The position numbers and the translations under genes are program-made. This document shows positions 30,128-44,089 of a stretch of 64,000 nt of DNA, in pieces. The DNA is taken from assembly GCF_009914755.1 (NCBI RefSeq), contig NC_060939.1; one strand, given 5' to 3'. This DNA is from the human T2T-CHM13v2.0 reference genome, Homo sapiens. The stretch's first letter is position 1; each line of letters opens with the position of its first letter. The notes under the pieces were generated by a model. That model did not search any database, was not told the DNA's origin, and saw only the letters and a list, made by a program, of their open reading frames with translations.

Positions 30128-30321
30128 GTGGTGACACATACACCGCTTTGCTGTTCCTGGAGTGGAGAAGAGTTCAGGGAACCAAGGTTTACTGAGACCC
30201 TCCTGTGTGCCAGCACTGTATGGTCAAAAGACCGACTTCACCCCCATATTTACCACAGCCCTGGAGACACCAGGTCAGAAATGGTTTCTTCTGGGGAAAT
30301 GAGGGAGAAACTGGGTCCCAG

Positions 30322-30518
30322 GCAATGGTGTGCTGAAGCCAGTTTCTGCGGCTCACCAGAGCCTATTAAATTTTCAGGAATTTTCCAAGCTAGTTGTTAA
30401 GCCGTTGACAGTTTTAAATTGGCCATGATGGGAGTATTTATGCCATGGAAGTTGGAAAACATTACAAATCAGGGCTTTTGTGTCCCCCTCTGAGAACCAG
30501 TTTACCAGCATGTCGCCG
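30322..30518. mobile_element. MER63A-like hAT MITE
   Basis: caatggtgtgctgaagccag...taaattttcaggaatttt...ccagtttaccagcat. Confidence 0.75.
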
Positions 30519-32706
30519 ATCCCATGCCTGGCAAGTGGCAGACAGGAAAGGGTACAGGGCATTTCCATTGTACCACGCTGCCTCCCTGCTCATTGTAGGG
30601 GGCCAGAGGGAGATACCTATCTTTGCATCATAAGACCTCATCCAGGATCTCACCTAATACCCTCTTTCTTTCATTGAAATAGTTTTCCTGGCCCTTTAGT
30701 TAATTATTGCGAGGAAGTGAACAAAGGGAACCCTTGAAAGTCACTCTCTTGGAAACCCGGGGTTACCACTACTTCCTAAGAGGTAAAGGTTAGAAGGGAG
30801 AGCTCAGGAACCTGTCTCAGAACTAACACTCCAAAGTCCACAGCCTTCCAGTTTCCCTCGAAGGGAGACTTGAAGCTCTACCAAGAAACCGCAATTAGTT
30901 ATTTGCCCATCTCTCTTGAGAGTATATACGACGTCATTAAGGCAGGGACCAAGCGGTTGTGACCCCTGCCATCTGTCTCCAGAATGCAGCCCAATGCCTG
31001 GTCTGTAGTTGGCACTCAGTAGTTGTGTGTGTTCAATGAGATAACACCCACCTGACCCAGACGCACCTCGTCAGGGGCCAGAGCCATACCACATCCAGGT
31101 ATTCTGAGCAATGTCCCCAGTGAATTTTAACCAACTGAGTCAACCTCAAAGCTCATACGACTCTCCTAATTCCTTGACCCTTTTGTATTTCCCATAAGAC
31201 TCCAATAAAGTGTAAATGCCTTCAGGTGCTCTGGCTGTACGTTCTAAATGCTAAATGTCTTATTAGACAAAGGACTTGGATCTGACTCCTCTAGAATACA
31301 GATCTCCTCAGAGGAGCCTCGGCAGTAGCTGGTGTTTTGCCACATCACGGTATCATTAGCAACCAGACAGAGTTATTCAGCATATACCTTTGAATGTTGA
31401 GTCTCCATTTTCTGACTGCTTGACAAGCCAGGGAGGAAAAATAAAGGAGGCTCCTGGTACATCTGATTTTCTCTCACATTAGGTTCTGTGATGGGATCCC
31501 TGATTTAAGACCACGATTGAACTGAGAAGCTGTGCTGATAACACCATAAATAATAAGGAAACATCAGGCCTGAACTGGTGTGCTGTGTTAGCCCCAGACC
31601 ATGTACTGTGTCATTATTTATCATCAAGTAAATACTTATTTTGGTTTCCAGAAAAGGGCATCATGGAGAGAATAAATATTGAAAATGGAAAGAAAAAGGC
31701 ATGCGGGGAAGAAGGTGTTTGTCCTTGTTGGGGAGTAAGAGTCAACAGGTAAAAATACTTTCTGTGGGCATGTTCAAAACAGCGATAAGGGACAAGGAAG
31801 GTTTTGTTTTTCCCGGCTGTTTTTGCCATGATCTCTACCAAGGTCCTCCTGCAATGGACACTAGGAAAAAAGAATAAAAAGGATTCCTTATCGACAGTGA
31901 TCAAATAGCCTAGATTTTTTTTTTTAGCAAAATTCCAAGAAGTGCTGTTAGTCTTTGAAACAAAGGTTACTCATTCAATTGGACCAAAATACAATTTATG
32001 TCTGTACTTTGAAAGACTTTCCATATCAATAAATTCACAAATCAGAAAAAGAAATTCATGTTGAACCAGCAACCTCATTTTTTATAAAACTTCATGACCT
32101 CAGTATTTTTATTCACCCTTGAGCCTCTCTTTCCCTGCTTTTAAATCTGTGTAACAGCCTGTGGGGTACACTGAGAAAAAGTCAGAGATGCAGACTCAGG
32201 TGCAGAGAAGGCCAGCACATTGCCCAAGGTCTGACAGCCAGCCAGTGCCAAGGTTGGGCTTCAGTCCCAAGGCCACTGTCTTCTGATGTGCCTCCCACCA
32301 CTCTCACCATCCCTTGCCCTGAAACCCGGAGGCCTTCCAGCCCCACTTCCTGTAACACTAGAGTTCTCCGAAAGGCAGGGTCAAAGGGTGCCCTGGGGAC
32401 ACCCTCCCCTCTTCCTCCTACAGTGGCCCTGTACTTTCCGGGAAGCCGGGAGTCTCATTTCCCTTGGATTCCTGTCACCCCTGGCTGCGCAGACCTCTCT
32501 GAGGGGTCACGCATGGGCCTGGGGGACAGGACAAGCCCCAGGACGCAAGCGCATTTCCAACAGGCAAGGGGAGACCTGCTGACCGTCCGCCCTCCCACCC
32601 TCCACAAATCACCACCGAAGATCAGAGTGACGAGAATTAGCATGCGTAGTAACCCAGTTCTTCCTCACAAGTCTGCACAGTAGGTGGAAGCCCCCCCATT
32701 TTACAG

Positions 32707-33061
32707 TGTTAAAAGACAATCTTTAGATAAATTAAATTTAACAGAGTGTAATTGAGCAAAGAAAGATTCGCCAGTGACGCACACCTCAGAACCAGAAGCA
32801 GTTCATAGAGCTTGGCTCAGCAGGGTGGGCAGGCAGCATCCATGGGAGGTACAGAGACCACTGTTGCTGACGGCTCAGCATTGGCCTTATTTGAACATGG
32901 CCTGGTGAGTTGCCCACCTGTGATGGACTGAAGCTCGGCTCCTACATACACTCCTGTTAGGCTTTTTTCAGTAAGTTCCTGTACTAAGTTAGGTTGCAGT
33001 TCTTTACCTAAGGATCCAAGGTATGGAGGCATCCTCAGGCCAAATCCAGTTTAGGTTAGCA
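32707..33061 (-). mobile_element. MER57-family ERV1 solo LTR inserted in a MIR
   Basis: tgttaaaagacaatctttagataaattaaatttaacagag...ttagca; 4-bp TSD acag (32703-32706 / 33062-33065); MIR core cccattttacag|atagg split around it. Confidence 0.75.
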
Positions 33062-34268
33062 ACAGATAGGGCAAATGAAAGAAGTGTAAAGTAATTTGCA
33101 AGGTCACACAGGAACTGGTAGAGCCAGAACTCACACCCACTTCTTGGATTCCAAGTTTCCTTCCTTTATCTGCAATAATAAAAAGTCCCAGTGCGGACGG
33201 CCTGCAGTCTCAAGGTGCTAATTCTCTACACCTGGGTGGTTAGAAGGCGCACAGACTCCAGAGGTAAAGAGTCTGGCTCAGAGATTTGGGGCAGTTGCTC
33301 AACCCCTCCATGGCCCAATTCCTTCATTTCTCAAGGGAAGTGGAAACAGCTGCCTGTCAAGGTCATGGTGAGGCTCTGAGATGACAGCCCCGAGGCCCCC
33401 ATGTGTAGGTGTGGGGTTGTGGTACACCGTGTGAGACACCATTTCCCTCCCATTCTGCCTTTCTTTGGGGATTTTGGGTCTGGTTTAAAGCAGTAGCCAG
33501 TGTGAGGGGCAGGAGTGGACACACGCGGGCCCCACCCACCCTTACAGGTTGCTTCTAAGGGGAGCCTTGTCCAGCTCTGATAAGGGACTGATCCCTGGCA
33601 GCAAGATCACAGGCAGCAGCCGCTTCTAAAACCAAGAGAAAATGAGGGAGCTAGAGCCACATCCACACGGGACAAAGGGGCTGCAGATGTAGCCAGCTGC
33701 CGCTTGGGGCCTAATTATCCGGCAGTCAAAGCCCTGGTGACATCTGAGATCCCTATCAACCCTGAAATACCCTCGGATGCCATCCAAGTTGGAGTTATCT
33801 ATCCAGGAATCCAAATTAAGCAAGGCACAAGGTGCTATGGTGGCCTCCAGGGGCCATTGCTAGCACCAGCTCGCTAAATCTCTAGCTCTTAAAGAAACTG
33901 CAGGTTCAGGCCTGCAGCAGAGAAGCAATATCAAGCAGGAAGGACATAAAAACATAAAACAGGGTCCCAGAATACATCTAATAAAGCTCCTCATTTAACA
34001 GGTGAAAAAACTAAGGCCAGGAGAGGGAAGTGCCCACTAAATATCAAACAGCTCCACAGTGGCAGGGCTGGGGCCCAGGTCTTTCCACCAGTCCTCCCCA
34101 CCCTCCCCACATGCCTCTCACACTGCTCTTGAAACTCATGCTTACAGCCCGCCATGGGCAGAGGTCCTTTCCCACTCTCCAACCCATCCTGGAAGCCACT
34201 GCCAGATTTGTGGTCACAAAGACTCACTTTACCTATCATTCTTTGCCCAGCACTTCCAAAAGCTCTTC

Positions 34269-34653
34269 TGTGGACCGAATGTTTGCGATTCATGTGTTGA
34301 AGCCCCGATCATCAATGCGATATGCGATGGTATTTGGAGATAGAGCCTTTGGGAAGTAATTAGGTTTAGATGAGGTCATGAGAAAAGAGCCCCCACAATT
34401 GAATTGGTGTCTTTATAAGCGGATAAAGAGACCAGTGTGTGCACAAGTGCCCTCTCTCACTCTTGCTTTCTCTGCCATGTGAGGATACACCAAGATAACT
34501 ATCTGCAAACTAGGAAGAAAGCCCTCACCAAGCACCCGAGCATCTGGCACCCTGATCTCAGACTTGCAGCCTCTGGAACCATGAGAAATAAATGCTTGCT
34601 GTTTAAGCCACCAAGTCTATTCGTAATTTGTTATAGCTGCCCCAACTAAGACA
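34269..34653 (+). mobile_element. MaLR LTR (MLT1A/MSTD-like)
   Basis: ggtatttggagatagagcctttgggaagtaattagg...tgtttaagccacc...actaagaca. Confidence 0.85.
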
Positions 34654-34734
34654 CAACCCAGTAAAGAACAGAATTGATGGGTGAGCATTTAGAGCTGTCC
34701 TTTGGTGAGACATGATCCAGTCTTTCTAGCCTTA

Positions 34735-35130
34735 TTCATCTTTGTATTCATTTACTCATTCAGTCAATAAATATTTATTGGTGTCAGGCACTGAGAATAA
34801 ACAGTCAACAATAAAACTGTCTTTTAAAACTCCCAGTTTAGTGCAAGAAATAGCTGCAAAAAAGATAATTATAATGTATTGTATTAAGGGCAGAGAAACA
34901 GATATTTACAAGGAAATATGGGAACCCAAAGAAGGAATTCAATACAAAGCCAATATGAACAGGGAAGTTACATCTAGAAAAGTCTTCCAGGAAGATGGAT
35001 GCCTGAATTGAACTTTAAAGTGGACACTGGTCAGTTAACAGGGAAGGAAAGAACACCAGGGGTTCCAGGAGAAGGGACAGCCTGAGCAAGAGAAAGCTAT
35101 GGAGCCAGAATGTAAAGTCCAGATGGGCAG
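34735..35130 (-). mobile_element. L2 3' end
   Basis: ttcatttactcattcagtcaataaatatttattgg...caggcactgaga. Confidence 0.7.
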
Positions 35131-35193
35131 TTGTCATATCATTTTTTTGCCTCTGTGCTTCTGGTGACTCGGAATCTAAAGAGATATGTTCTT

Positions 35194-35479
35194 GGCTGGG
35201 CGTGATGGCTCATGCCTGTAATCCCAGCACTTTGGGAGGCCGAGGCAGGTGGACCATGAGGTCAGGAGTTCAAGACCAGCCTTGCCAACATGGTGAAACC
35301 CTGTCTCTACTAAAAATACAAAAATTATCCAGGTGTGGTGGCGGGCACCTCTGATCCCAACTGCTGGGGAGGGTGAAGCAGGAGAATCACCTGAACCTGG
35401 GAGGCAGAGGTTGCAGCAAGCCGAGATCATGCCACTGTACTCCAGCCTAGGTGACAGAGCAAGATTGTTTCAAAAAAAA

Positions 35480-35480
<1 letters not shown>
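35194..35480 (+). mobile_element. AluS (Sg-like)
   Basis: Full dimer with short A-tail. Confidence 0.93.

Positions 35481-35486
<6 letters not shown>

Positions 35487-35528
<42 letters not shown>
35487..35528. repeat. (TA)21 microsatellite
   Basis: Perfect TA run after Alu tail. Confidence 0.95.
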
Positions 35529-35532
<4 letters not shown>

Positions 35533-36619
35533 TAATTAACGGTCACTGGATGGATGGATGGATGATCCATGTGGGGAACTTCGGAAGTCCCATGATGCTG
35601 GGACACCAAAGAGTGGGACAGGTGGGTATGACCAGAGACAAAGTGGGGAGAGGGGCGACAGGTCCAGCCATGACGGCTGTGTGTATTTTACAAAAGGGGG
35701 AAACTTGACCTTGCAGGTCAAGGATTCTTGAAGTCTGTTGCCTTCCAAGTCCAGTGTACTCTCCCCTGACATTGTAAGGAAACTTTTGTGCATAAATTTA
35801 GCTTTCATCATATTCTATAAAGGATTCATGACCCAAACATGGGTAATGAATAATAATTAAGAATAATGAGGATGAGATTTGAAGGTTCTAAGCCAGAGAG
35901 GGCCAGTGTATGATTTATTAATGTGGATCCCACTGATGTATGGAGAATAGGGGCCTTGTCTGTCTTCTGCACGGCTGTATCCCTAGCACCCATCGCTAGG
36001 CTTGGCATGTGTTGGACATCCAGTAGGGAAAGAATGACAGCTGTGTAGACCCTGAGCTGAGGGGACCAGGCTGGAAGCAAGAAGACTTGGGAGGCTGTTG
36101 AACAGAACCTGGACTGGGCAGGGGGTGGGGAGTGGTTGGTTGTTGGTATAGAGTGAAAGTGCATTTCAGAAACATTTCAGAGCTAAAATTAATAAGACTT
36201 GGTGAATATGAGAGGTGAGGAAAAACAGATTTCTAGCTTGACTAGCTAGGCGGTAGTGTTATCAATGAAACAGTGGAAACAGGAAGCAGTGCATGTTAGG
36301 AATTGCTGGTGAATCGTTCTGTTGGACTATGGGACGACAGAGAGGTTGGTAGGCAGTGGTGGATGGGGCTGAAGCTTGAACACAGGACTTAAGCTGGAGA
36401 CAGAGATGTGGAATCAGGCATATAACACCGTTGAGACCCAACCAAGGTGGGTCATGAATCTTTTTCAGATGGGAAAGGCTTGGCTGCCTCTTCTTGCTAT
36501 CTTTCTCCTACTAAATTATACATTGTGTGAAGGCAAGGACTATATAGTTCATGCTTTTTTAAATCCCCCAACCCACCAATAATATCTAGTAAAATTTGCA
36601 CAGAATATATGAGCTGTCA

Positions 36620-37170
36620 TTCATTCATCCATCCATGCATCCAACCATCCTATATTTATTATCTACTACATGCCAGGCACTGTTCTAGGCATTCTGGATA
36701 AATCAGGAAACCAAATAGACACACAGCCCTGCCCTCATGGTACTTAATTCTAGTGGCAACAGATAAACAATAAGCAATAAATATAATAAATATATAAAGA
36801 ACAAAGTATGAAAGAAGGTGGCAAGTGTTATTAAAACAATAAATAAGCAAAATAGGAGGTGGGGAATGTTAAGGATGGATGCAGTGAGCCTCACTGAGAA
36901 GGGAAGATTTGGCAAAAGGCTGATAGGGATGGAGTTTGCTGGTTGGTATCTTGGAGGAAAGTGTTCCAGAGACATGTAGGGTGACCAACTGCCTCTGCTT
37001 TCCCAGGACTGAAGGGCTTCCTAGGATGTCAGGCTTCCAGGACCAAAACCCTCCCTAAGAAAGGGAGGCCAGCTAAAGGCCCGTGGCAGGAAAGTGGCTG
37101 CTGTGTTCAAGGAACCACAGGAGGCCAGTGTGGCTGGAGGAGCATGGATGATGGGGAGGGGAGGAGGTGA
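36620..37170 (-). mobile_element. L2 3' end with MER81/MER94-type fragment inserted (~36977-37050)
   Basis: atttattatctactacatgccaggcactgttctaggc; tagggtgaccaactg...cccaggactgaaggg. Confidence 0.75.
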
Positions 37171-37353
37171 CACAGACCACTCCACAGGCCACCAAGTCAT
37201 CCCACACTCAGCACTTTTTCAGCCACTGCTACGTGACAGATGCACATACCGAGCACAGAGAACGTATAAATTAATGAAACAGAGAACAAGACCGGTTTCG
37301 CAGAGGGGAAAAGGACACTATGACTCTCGTGCTAATATGCTCACCTTTCACAG

Positions 37354-37487
37354 CAACTTCCTGCCACGTCTTCTTTCTTGAGTGGCAGCTGGCAGTGACC
37401 GTGTCCCCGACCTGTGGGTTCTGTACCTCAGCAGCTGCCCTGTGAGCAGTCCGTCCTCTCAGCAACCCCTTAGGGAACAAAGTCCTG
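37354..37487 (+). ncRNA. Candidate non-coding exon (134 nt)
   Basis: gctaat branch-like 37331-37336, ctcacctttcacAG acceptor, CTG|GTAAGC donor. Confidence 0.2.
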
Positions 37488-38179
37488 GTAAGCTGGACCA
37501 GCCTGACCCAAAGCCAGGGCAGGACACATCCTGTCACAAACTCATACCCACCACAACCACAAACAACAGACTTTGAAAATGGCTTCTTCCAAGAGGTCCC
37601 CAGACACCTGGCAACCCATTAAGATGGTAATGAGGAGGACGTCTCCTGGCATTTTCAAGATTTTAGAAAAGCCCCAGAAATAATACCGGTGGATTATCTC
37701 CCATTTTATAAAATATAAAGATGTATATATGGAATAGATTCCTAATTAGTTAATGAAGTTTGCTTCTTTCAGAAACACCCACGGAGCACAGGGCTGGGAA
37801 GGGGGAAGATAGCAAGGGGGTCCCTGGTGCCTGCAGATTAGAAATTCTGAGTTAAAACTCCAGCTAAAATGAAAGGGTGTTATCTGAGAAAAACAATCGC
37901 ATTAGGCTGTCATCATTTATGAACACCTGAGTGTAAATTAGCCAGTGAGATTAGTTGTTCACAAATCAAAGATTTGCGTGGGACCGGGAAGGGGGAAGAG
38001 AGGATAAAAGAGGAGATTGGGAAGGACCAAGACAGTCTTAAATAGGGAACTGGATAAAGATAACCTAAGATAAAAATACCATAAAAATAACCATGCAGGC
38101 CACAAAGCAGCTTTACATCTCCCACTTCATTTGCCCCTTCACAGCCCAGGACAGTGAGAACTATAATTATCCTCCAAGA

Positions 38180-38395
38180 GGCAGCATGGCACGGCAGAGC
38201 CAGAATGCTGGCTTCAAAGCTCACGCTACGGCTCTACTAGCTGTGTGATTTGGGCAACTTATTCAACCTCTCTGTGTAGATAATTATAGTATCCACCTCA
38301 TAGGGCTGCTGTGAGAATTAGATGAGTTAATTCATGAGACCCTTAGAACATGCTTGGCACAGGGTAAGCACTCAATACATGTTAGCTGTTATTTT
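38180..38395 (+). mobile_element. MIR
   Basis: ctagctgtgtgatttgggcaacttattcaacctctctgtg...taagcactcaatacatgttagctgttatt. Confidence 0.85.
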
Positions 38396-38489
38396 ATAAC
38401 TGAGGCATAATAATGAGGTAAAGAGATTTGGCCAAGGTCACCAGCAACAATACAGCAAAGTCTACACCCGTGCAACTTCAGGTTTCCTG

Positions 38490-38640
38490 GGAAAAGGAAT
38501 CATCTGGGAAAGGTAGTTAGGACATGCAGATTCCCAGGCCCCGCCCCAGATATTCTGATTGGGTGGGTCAAGTAGACGGTGCCATAGGAGGGCAAGAATC
38601 TGCATTCAGAACAGGCTCTGCCCAGGTGATTCCGATAGAG
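38490..38640. mobile_element. MER5A (hAT-Charlie MITE)
   Basis: gaatcatctggg...atgcagattcccaggccccgccccaga...gaatctgcatt...cccaggtgattc. Confidence 0.8.
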
Positions 38641-39736
38641 AGGATCAGCAGGGGACAGCCTGGGGAACCCCAGCTGGGACACAGAGGCTCCTGCTGCCTC
38701 ACTGGTCTGCCATCCAGGAGACCGCAGGGGCCCCCGAACCTCCTCTTCCCAACTCCTTGACCAATAGCCAGGCCCACTGATGGCTTCGCAGGGCAGCATA
38801 GCCCCCTACTCCTGACTTACTATGCATTTTTCTTTCTCTAGTTTCCAAGGTAAAAAGCAAGGCAAACCATTATCAGAGAGACAAAGAGTTCTCTCCAAGA
38901 CGAAGAGCTTTAAAACCAAGCTGCACTTCAGAGTGGATTTTACCACTGGGTTCCGTAATGGAAATGCTGACATAATCTTAATTATGAGGGAGACTTTCCT
39001 TCAGATGGAAATGCGGTGACCTAGAAGGCTCCATTTGCAAGTCCTCCTGACCTGTAAGAGAAGATGCCTGGTGGAATATTTTGGGTAATATATTATGCAT
39101 CTACTTATCCTATGATCCCCATCTGTGGGCTTAGCAAGGCAGTATTTTGAAGAAAGGGAGAAAAAAATATGAACACCAGGCTTGAGAACACTCGCCTGGA
39201 TCAGAGACCAGGGTGAGCTTTCTACTCTGCAGTGTTTTGCATTTCATATGAAGCAAAATCTATTTCAGGTGCTGCTGAAAATGCAGGAAAAGTACCAGTG
39301 ACTAGAGTCCTAGGAATTAAACTGGCCTCAGTTCAGAGACGCAGAGTGGTCTCATACCATCTTTTCTGCATATTCATAATTTGTCAATGTGAAGAGGTCT
39401 TTGCTACCAAGAAAAAAAAAAAAGAAAGGAAGGAGGAAAGACAGACAGGAAGAAGAAAACGTTCCTTGGGAACTATCATCTCATACGAATGAGGTGGCTC
39501 CCTTCACACCAGCCCCGGGAGGCACACACGTCATCAGCCTCTGTCCTCTAGCATTTGACTTAATGCAATCTCTGCCAGGCATTTCTCGCCAAGATATGAA
39601 TGGTGTGGACTCTAGGTTGAATATATTACTCAGAAAACAAGGCTGCCTCCCCTGAGAGTGGGGCAGTATTTAGATATTTAGCTCGTGGCTAGGATAAGAG
39701 GGCAGGCCCCTAAGCAGGAATAGAAGGCTGCAGTGA

Positions 39737-40187
<451 letters not shown>

Positions 40188-40189
40188 AC

Positions 40190-40490
40190 CATGATACTTT
40201 TTTAAAGCACACAGTTTCATTTGTTTTGACAAACATATACACCCATGGAGAAACACCCTCATCAGGATACAGAACATTTCCATCCCCACAGAGTGTTCCC
40301 TCATGCCCTCTTCCAATCAGTCTTCTCCTCCCCAGAGGCAACCATGCTTCTGATATTTTTTACCATAGATAGTTTCACCTATTCTAGAATGGTAATATCA
40401 GTGGACTCATATAGCATGGCCTTGTTTGGCCTCTTGCATTAAATGTAGCATTTCTGAGATTCACCATGCTATCGTGTCAGTAATTCACTC
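40190..40490 (-). mobile_element. L1ME-like 3' fragment
   Basis: gatacagaacatttccatccccacagag...agaggcaaccatgcttctgat. Confidence 0.7.
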
Positions 40491-40491
40491 C

Positions 40492-40812
40492 TGCCGTAGA
40501 CTGAATGTTCATGTCTTCCAACATTCAAATGCTGAAGCCTAATTCCCAATGTGGTGGTATTTGGAGGTGGGGCCTTTGGGAGGTGATTAGGTCATGATGG
40601 CAGAGCCCTGAATGAGATTACTGCCCTTATAAGAGAGACCCCAGAGAGGCCCCTCACCCCTTCTACCATGGGATGACACAGTGGGAGAAGTTGCTGTGAA
40701 CCAGAAAGCAGCCCTCACCAGACACTGAATCTGCTGGTGCCTTGATCTTGGACTCCCAGCCCCCAGAGCTGTGAGAAATAAATTTCTATTGTTTATAAAC
40801 CACCCTCTATGA
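40492..40812 (+). mobile_element. MaLR LTR (MLT1A/MSTD-like), 3' end cut by Alu
   Basis: gactgaatgttcatgtc...ggtatttggaggtggggcctttgggaggtgattagg...gtgagaaataaatttctattgtttataa. Confidence 0.85.
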
Positions 40813-41106
40813 TTTTTTTTTTTTTTGAAACAGGGTCTCACTCTGTCACCCAGGCTGGAGTGCAATGACACCGTCATGGCTCACTGAAGCCTCGACCTCC
40901 CAGGCTCAAGCAATCCTCCTGCCTCAGCCTCCCAAGTAGTTGGTACCACAGGTGCATGCCACCATGCCTGGCTAATTTTTAAATTTTGTGTAGAGATGGG
41001 GTCTCACTATGTTGCCCAGGCTAGTCTCAAACTCCTGACCTCAAGTGATCCTCCGCCTCTGCCTCCCAAAGTGCTGAGATTACAGGCATGAGCCACCACA
41101 CCCAGC
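40813..41106 (-). mobile_element. AluJ
   Basis: cagggtctcactctgtcacccaggctgg...gcctcgacctcccaggctcaagcaatcctcc. Confidence 0.93.
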
Positions 41107-42579
41107 ATCTGACCACTGTTTAAGTGTTGGCAGCTCACTCGACAGTCCCACTTCTCGCGAAGGCATCTGTGTCCCCGAGCAAGCAAAGCCTTTGGTTTCC
41201 CGCAGGCTCTGCTATCTACAGCAGCTCTTCTTCACACCGGCTTTCAGGATCCCGGATTTGTAGGGAGCTCTTGGGTTAACTTCTTGCCCCTTCTCCATCC
41301 TTCCTCTCAGCAGTGCCGTGGTTCTCATGGGAAGCAGGAATTTCCCCATCAGCCCTTCCCCATCCCCAAATCATTAATGACCTTGACTGGTGGACGTGTG
41401 TGAAGCAGGCAGGAGTTGTAGAGGCACCGAGAGTGAAAGGTTTCCTGAGCTCCGGGGAGAGGGAGCAGGGAGGATGAGGGAGGGCACGCTTTGAGGCCCC
41501 CAGAGTCTGTGCTAATTTATCCTTCCTCTCAAATTGCCTCCAAACTTCAGTAATAAGCATGCTCGTAGTTTGCTGATGAAATACATTCTTCCAAAGCAAT
41601 TTTAAAATAATCGTACTGTATGCTAAACCTTAAAAAAAAAAGAAAAGAAAAAACCCTGCAGCCAAGTCATTCTAGACTGAATGGCAACGACAGAATTTCA
41701 TAATTAGGAAATGCGGTGTCATTTCTGAACGTTATTACACCTTTGAAAAACAGTATCAAACCGAGGACTGAATATTTGATACCCGATTGATTTCAGATTT
41801 CAAGTCAACTGCAGCAAAATAATGAGCTGCCTCTGTCGTGAGCTGCTGAGCTCCCGCACGGAGGGTCTGGGAGGGAAGGCTCAAAGGGGGCACAGAGCCA
41901 CAGAGCCTAAAGGCCTCTGCAACGAAGCTGTGGGGCTGCTGGGCTGGTGAACAAGCAGGATCCGCAATGTCTTGCATTGATGTTTTTGCCCAAGGGGATG
42001 TTTTTGAACCCAGGCTTTATTTTAAGTGCCCTTCAATTTTGCTCAGCGATGCTAATGCTGGGAGTCCGGGGATCAAAGTCCTGGACTAGAATTGGCTGGC
42101 AGCCCCTGTCACTTATCCAGGGCTGGCCTCCACTGAGGTTAGATGGGGTACGTGGTATGGTTCGTGGGCTGGGGATGACCAGTGGTGGCCTTCCTCCTCT
42201 GGATACTCACCTTCACCACCAAGCTTTCCACTCACTACCTCTATATCCCAGGAGAATTTCATTCATAAAATTGGAGCATCTTGGCCTGGAAAGGGATGGC
42301 ATGCCATCCTTTTCAACATTTCCCTCGAAGCCAGAATCTCCCCATGGCATATCCGAGATCTGGCCCCTCAGGCTCTGCTGCTAGAATTCACATCACCTTG
42401 TGAAGCCATCAATTCATGGAGCCACAAAAGTTAGAAAAGGCTCATTTCTCCTCACCCAAGGTTTACTTCCATATTACAGCTCTTCCAATACCTGGGGACA
42501 GGTGCCTGTAGCACATGGATTAGTATCCTGTCCATATGATATAGCCTTCCCACTACAGTGTCCTCATCTCTGTGTCTAG

Positions 42580-42901
42580 GCTCCCTCAGAAGCCTTGGAA
42601 AGACCCCTGGGCATAGCCCTTAGTCAATGAGGGTGGGTGTCGACATACAAATGTCCCAGTCCTCATGCCTTGAATGGGATGACTGAGAAGCACGCTCTAT
42701 ACCACCTCCCAGAGTTTCTCTGCAGTGTGAAGCCCCAGTTCATCACAGTGGGAGCTGGCTGGATAACACACCCTTTACTAGCTGCTTCCCTGCCCTGGAT
42801 CCCTTCCCCACCCTCTTCCCGTGTTCTCTTTACTTCTCAAATAAAGCACGTGGACCCAATCCTTGTCCCAGAGTCTGTTTCTGGAGAGCCCAACCAAGAC
42901 A
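42580..42901 (+). mobile_element. LTR16-family (ERVL) LTR
   Basis: cccagagtttctc...ccccagtt...ggataacacaccc...caaataaagc...aatccttgtcccagagtctgtttctggagagcccaaccaagaca. Confidence 0.75.
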
Positions 42902-43299
42902 ATGCCATATTTCAGTTCTCTTCCCCAAGCCCAATATCCCTGATGCCTTCTCCTATTTCTGATGTGATATTCTCAGACTTAGAATTACCCTGGCCAAGCT
43001 TCTCCGTAGCCATCTCTCTTTCAAAGTTCTCTCTTAAGATTTGAAGCCTAGGACAAGAGACGGTGCTCCCAGCACATCTATCCAATGCAATGCAAGTCCT
43101 GTCATTTCTTTTGATCTCAGCACTATACTGCTCTTCTGTCTTAGGAATGGATTTGATTTTCCATCATCTCACACTCTTGGTTTATAATCTTCTTGTTAAT
43201 ATGAAACTCCCAGGTCTTCTGACTTGAACTGCTAATGCTCCTGGCCTTATTTCACTTTGGAGTAGATAAGCATGCTCTCTGTGCCTTTATACAAACATT

Positions 43300-43515
43300 C
43301 AATGTCAATGTTAGACAGGGCAGGCTCAAAAATATGGCCCTACAGTGTATTACTAGAGACCCAAGGTTGCCAGTAATTCATTAATCAAATCCTATGGGTA
43401 CAAGTTGATTGGCCCACGACACATACATCTAATTGTTGTCATCAAATCCACATTTTCTCTAGTAGGTCAGGGATATCATGAGAGTCTTTGCAAATGCCCT
43501 GCTGAAAGCCAGACC
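43300..43515 (-). mobile_element. L3/CR1 RT fragment
   Basis: Minus ttcagcagggcatttgcaaagactctcatgatatc resembles the CR1 (D)FSKAFD..SH region. Confidence 0.6.
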
Positions 43516-43748
43516 CACCATTTAACAGACTGAATGGAATTAAATGAAATTCCAGGATCTTTCAGCATCCCGCCTTGTCCTGTCTCCCCTTCTCTTCCCA
43601 TGCTCCATGGAATTACCTAATTCAAGCCATGCCAATATGAAAAATGGTTCTCATACCCTTCATTCCCAGGTTCTGACATGTCCTCATTATCTTTTTCTGG
43701 TAGCTGTTAACATAGGAGCCCGAGAAGAACTGGCCAAGGGCTAAAGAG

Positions 43749-44089
43749 AAGGGGTCAGCCAACTTCTTCTATAAGGGGTAGATAAAATATTTTAGGCTTT
43801 GAAAATCAGAGGGTCTCTGTCATGGTGTCTAGTCTACCATTCTAGCAGAAAAGGAGCCACAGACAATATATAAACTAGTGGGTATGGCTGTGTTCCAATA
43901 AAACTTTATTGATGGACACTGAAATTTGAATTTTATATCATTTTCACAGGTCACAAAATAGAAATCCCTTTTTGTGTTTTTTTTTCCCCTAACCATTTAA
44001 AAATGTAAAAAACCATTCTTAGCTCACAGAACCTACAAAAACAGCTGGTGGGCCAGATTCAGCCTACAGCCATTGTTTGACAACCCCTG
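43749..44089 (+). mobile_element. MER58B (hAT-Charlie MITE)
   Basis: aggggtcagccaac...tggctgtgttccaataaaactttatt...gtttgacaacccctg TIRs. Confidence 0.9.
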
